Position numbers and translations under genes: made by a program. From positions 10,664,001 to 10,728,000 of the forward strand of contig OX597829.1 in NCBI GenBank assembly GCA_951406725.2: a stretch of DNA of 64,000 nucleotides, given 5' to 3'. The first letter of the stretch is position 1. Each line of letters starts with the position of its first letter. The notes under the pieces were generated by a model. The model saw nothing but the letters and a program-made list of their open reading frames with translations. It did not search any database and had not been told where the DNA came from. The DNA is from Octopus vulgaris (taxonomy: Eukaryota). Of the stretch, positions 62,900-64,000 are shown piece after piece.

Positions 62900-64000
62900 A
62901 AAATATAGGATCTATTGGAGAGATATAAATCACTCATTTTTGCTAAGAAACTCTCTCTCATATCTAGGGAAGAAATTGACATTATACTATTAGCTAGAAA
63001 AACTATCATCGAATTTGAAGGAAAATTATGGACTAGGGCGGATACCCCTAATAATTTTGATATATCCATGGGCTCAAGTGATTCTGCGGAGATAACCAAT
63101 CTGGTAGGAGCATAGAGATATCCCAGGATTACAAGGTGATCTATATAGGGATGATGCTTTGTTTATTGGACCTAGCAACAATAAATCAAGTATTGAGAGG
63201 ATAAAAAAAAATTAGTAAATTTTTCAAATATTTTAACCTAGGCATTACGTATGAACCTAACACCAAAATAGTTAATTTCCTAGTTGTTACCTTAGACCTA
63301 AATTCAAAGTTACATTACCCATTTAGAAAGAAGGGCGAAGTTACCAGATATGTAAGTAAGTCATCCAATCACCCACCAAATATACTAAAATCATTAGTTA
63401 AAAATATTTCTCAAATACAAAATTATCATCAAATAGTGAAATCTTTAACTCTCACTCTAATCATTATAATGTTGCATTATCTAAGGCTGGATATGACCAG
63501 GAAATCACCTTCCTAGATATTGATAGCTTAAATCTCCTAAATAATGTAGTGAATGTATATGACTTAAGTAATATAGACTCTCATACCCTACATAAACATA
63601 AATCAATAGAGGAAAAGAACCTAGTGTATAAACCTAATTATAAGAATAGAAATAGTAAACAGATCGTAAATAAATATGAAAATGCTAACCTAGATAAACC
63701 CAATAGGCATAAAAATAATACTAAAAGGAATAATAATTCTCGTTTGACTACTGATAACACTAATCCTCCCCACTCTTACTTAAACAAAAACATAAAAGAG
63801 AATATGTCATCTGGTTAAATATCCCCTTTAATAGTGCGAACACGACGAATGTGTACAGTAAATTTATGTCTATACTGGAAAAAAAATTTTCCAGCCTCCC
63901 ATAGATATCATAAAATAATTTCTAGGAAATCAGTGAGAATTTCATATTCCACTCTCCCAAATATGGCTACCATAATAGCTAGACTTAATAGTAAAAACAT
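62900..64000 (+). mobile_element. Second Naiad-type PLE, disrupted RT and thumb region, running off the window end
   Basis: FDISMGSSDSAE, GDLYRDD, VNFLVVTLDL, YVSKSSNHPP, VIWLNIPF..HRYHKII..ISYSTLPNM; stops and frameshifts. Confidence 0.85.

Overview
Eukaryotic, AT-rich, extremely microsatellite-dense animal DNA. The SINE families and repeat landscape point to a cephalopod (octopus-like) genome, which is an inference. Only one host gene is supported: the last two exons (minus strand; 23622-23275 and 20711-19912, phase-compatible GT/AG splice sites) of a coiled-coil plus olfactomedin-domain protein. The rest is mobile DNA and simple repeats: three Penelope-like retroelements (one Neptune-type, two Naiad-type), four L1/Tx1-clade LINE copies (three embedded in (CTAT)n tracts), Helitrons (one with a PIF1 helicase pseudogene), a mariner-like MITE and many tRNA-derived SINEs. 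Almost all ORFs in the supplied track are microsatellite artefacts. The main signal not shown by the ORF track is a set of about nine type I minimal hammerhead-ribozyme motifs, read by eye. Four have canonical cores. One has a G3:C8 swapped core. Three lie in short non-coding elements built around long inverted repeats. No searches or folding programs were run, so family names and ribozyme activity are unverified.
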